64,000 nt of DNA from Candidatus Sulfomarinibacteraceae bacterium (GTDB taxonomy: Bacteria > Acidobacteriota > Thermoanaerobaculia > Thermoanaerobaculales > Sulfomarinibacteraceae), in contig CAVQQV010000034.1 in the NCBI GenBank assembly GCA_963714885.1, forward strand, positions 8,702 through 72,701, written 5' to 3'. The notes beneath the pieces are model-generated. The model saw nothing but the letters and a program-made list of their open reading frames with translations. It did no database searches and was not told where the DNA came from. Of this stretch, positions 63,566 to 64,000 are shown in pieces. Position numbers and translations under genes: made by a program. Positions within the stretch are counted from its first letter, which is position 1. Every line of letters begins with the position of its first letter.

Positions 63566-64000
63566 TCAGTGTCGCTCGACACACTCCCGGACGGTGATGG
63601 CGGCGGCCAGGGCTGCGGCTCCGGTCCGGCCGTCGACGAAGGCCGTTTCCTCTCCCCGGCAGGCGCCGATGAAGGCCACCAATTCGGCTCTGAGCGGTTC
63701 GTCTTTTTCCACTTCGACCATTCGCGGTGCGATCTCTGCACCCTTCGGGCCTCGAATGAGCTGCGCCGACGAAACGCTCTGTTCGGCGTAGTCGACCGAA
63801 AAATACGACTCCCGCGCAAACAGCCGCAGCTTGCGGATGCGTTCGGCCGAAACCCTGCTGGCGGTGAGGTTTGCCACCAGGCCGCCGGGGAATTCCACCC
63901 AGGCGTGACAGAGATCGACCTTGTCGGTGAGCACCGGGACGCCGACGGCGCGGATCTCGGACGGCGCTTCACCGGCAACCGCGAGGGTGATCTGCAGATC
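63566..64000 (-). CDS. Gfo/Idh/MocA-family oxidoreductase, C-terminal part only (gene continues beyond the window)
   Basis: ..VLTDKVDLCHAWVEFPGGLVANLTASRVSAERIRKLRLFARESYFSVDY.. is typical of the Gfo/Idh/MocA C-terminal domain. The frame remains open to nt 64000. Confidence 0.7.
   Translation of the reverse strand, partial: DLQITLAVAGEAPSEIRAVGVPVLTDKVDLCHAWVEFPGGLVANLTASRVSAERIRKLRLFARESYFSVDYAEQSVSSAQLIRGPKGAEIAPRMVEVEKDEPLRAELVAFIGACRGEETAFVDGRTGAAALAAAITVRECVERH

Overview
GC-rich bacterial chromosomal segment (mid-60s % GC by eye, not computed) with about 50 genes. I saw no rRNA, tRNA, CRISPR array, transposase or integrase.

Nt 1-48,900 is a dense glycan-utilisation region in long, tightly packed operons:
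- a TonB-dependent receptor;
- + strand 5.5-14.7 kb: sulfatase-like/TPR protein, GH2, MFS sugar transporter, ROK kinase, two lipoproteins;
- - strand: GH94 phosphorylase, Na+/solute symporter, two small membrane proteins;
- + strand: GH5, secreted CBM-like protein, RraA-like protein, SDR;
- a ~13.5 kb - strand operon (37.4 to 23.9 kb): GH20, GH5, symporter, GH5-Fn3 mannanase, cellobiose/mannobiose 2-epimerase, GH130 phosphorylase, GH27 alpha-galactosidase, acetylesterase, NAD epimerase. This is the epimerase/phosphorylase mannan pathway;
- symporter, extended ROK-like kinase, PIG-L deacetylase;
- then PadR plus a membrane protein, GH3, aldo-keto reductase, GH105 and YdjC.

The most novel part is 49.1-61.4 kb. 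It holds two paralogous pairs of P-loop NTPases. Each pair is an 'SPWYNFFEE' ATPase plus a STAND-like 'GQWVRGxRFYGR' ATPase. The STAND-like core carries a different output in each pair: an OmpR/CadC-type winged helix in one, a Hanks Ser/Thr kinase in the other. One partner ATPase is fused to a signal peptide, a TPR ectodomain and a TM helix. The pairs flank two paralogous FadL-like outer-membrane barrels, a secreted beta-lactamase-fold hydrolase with a 4-fold unknown repeat, and an untracked 43-aa membrane peptide. Both FadL-like genes share a conserved promoter block preceded by TGAGG direct repeats phased at exactly 11 bp. These repeats are a plausible operator for the winged-helix ATPase.

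A second pervasive signal is frame disruption. About 15 genes are broken by roughly 40 single-nucleotide frame changes plus one in-frame TAG. The changes are strongly clustered and mostly in the direction of 1-nt insertions. Either parts of the assembly are insertion-error-prone or these are real pseudogenes.

Many of the longest ORFs in the supplied track are antisense shadow frames and are rejected. One real gene (594..1785, minus) is missing from the track because its main frame runs off the window edge.
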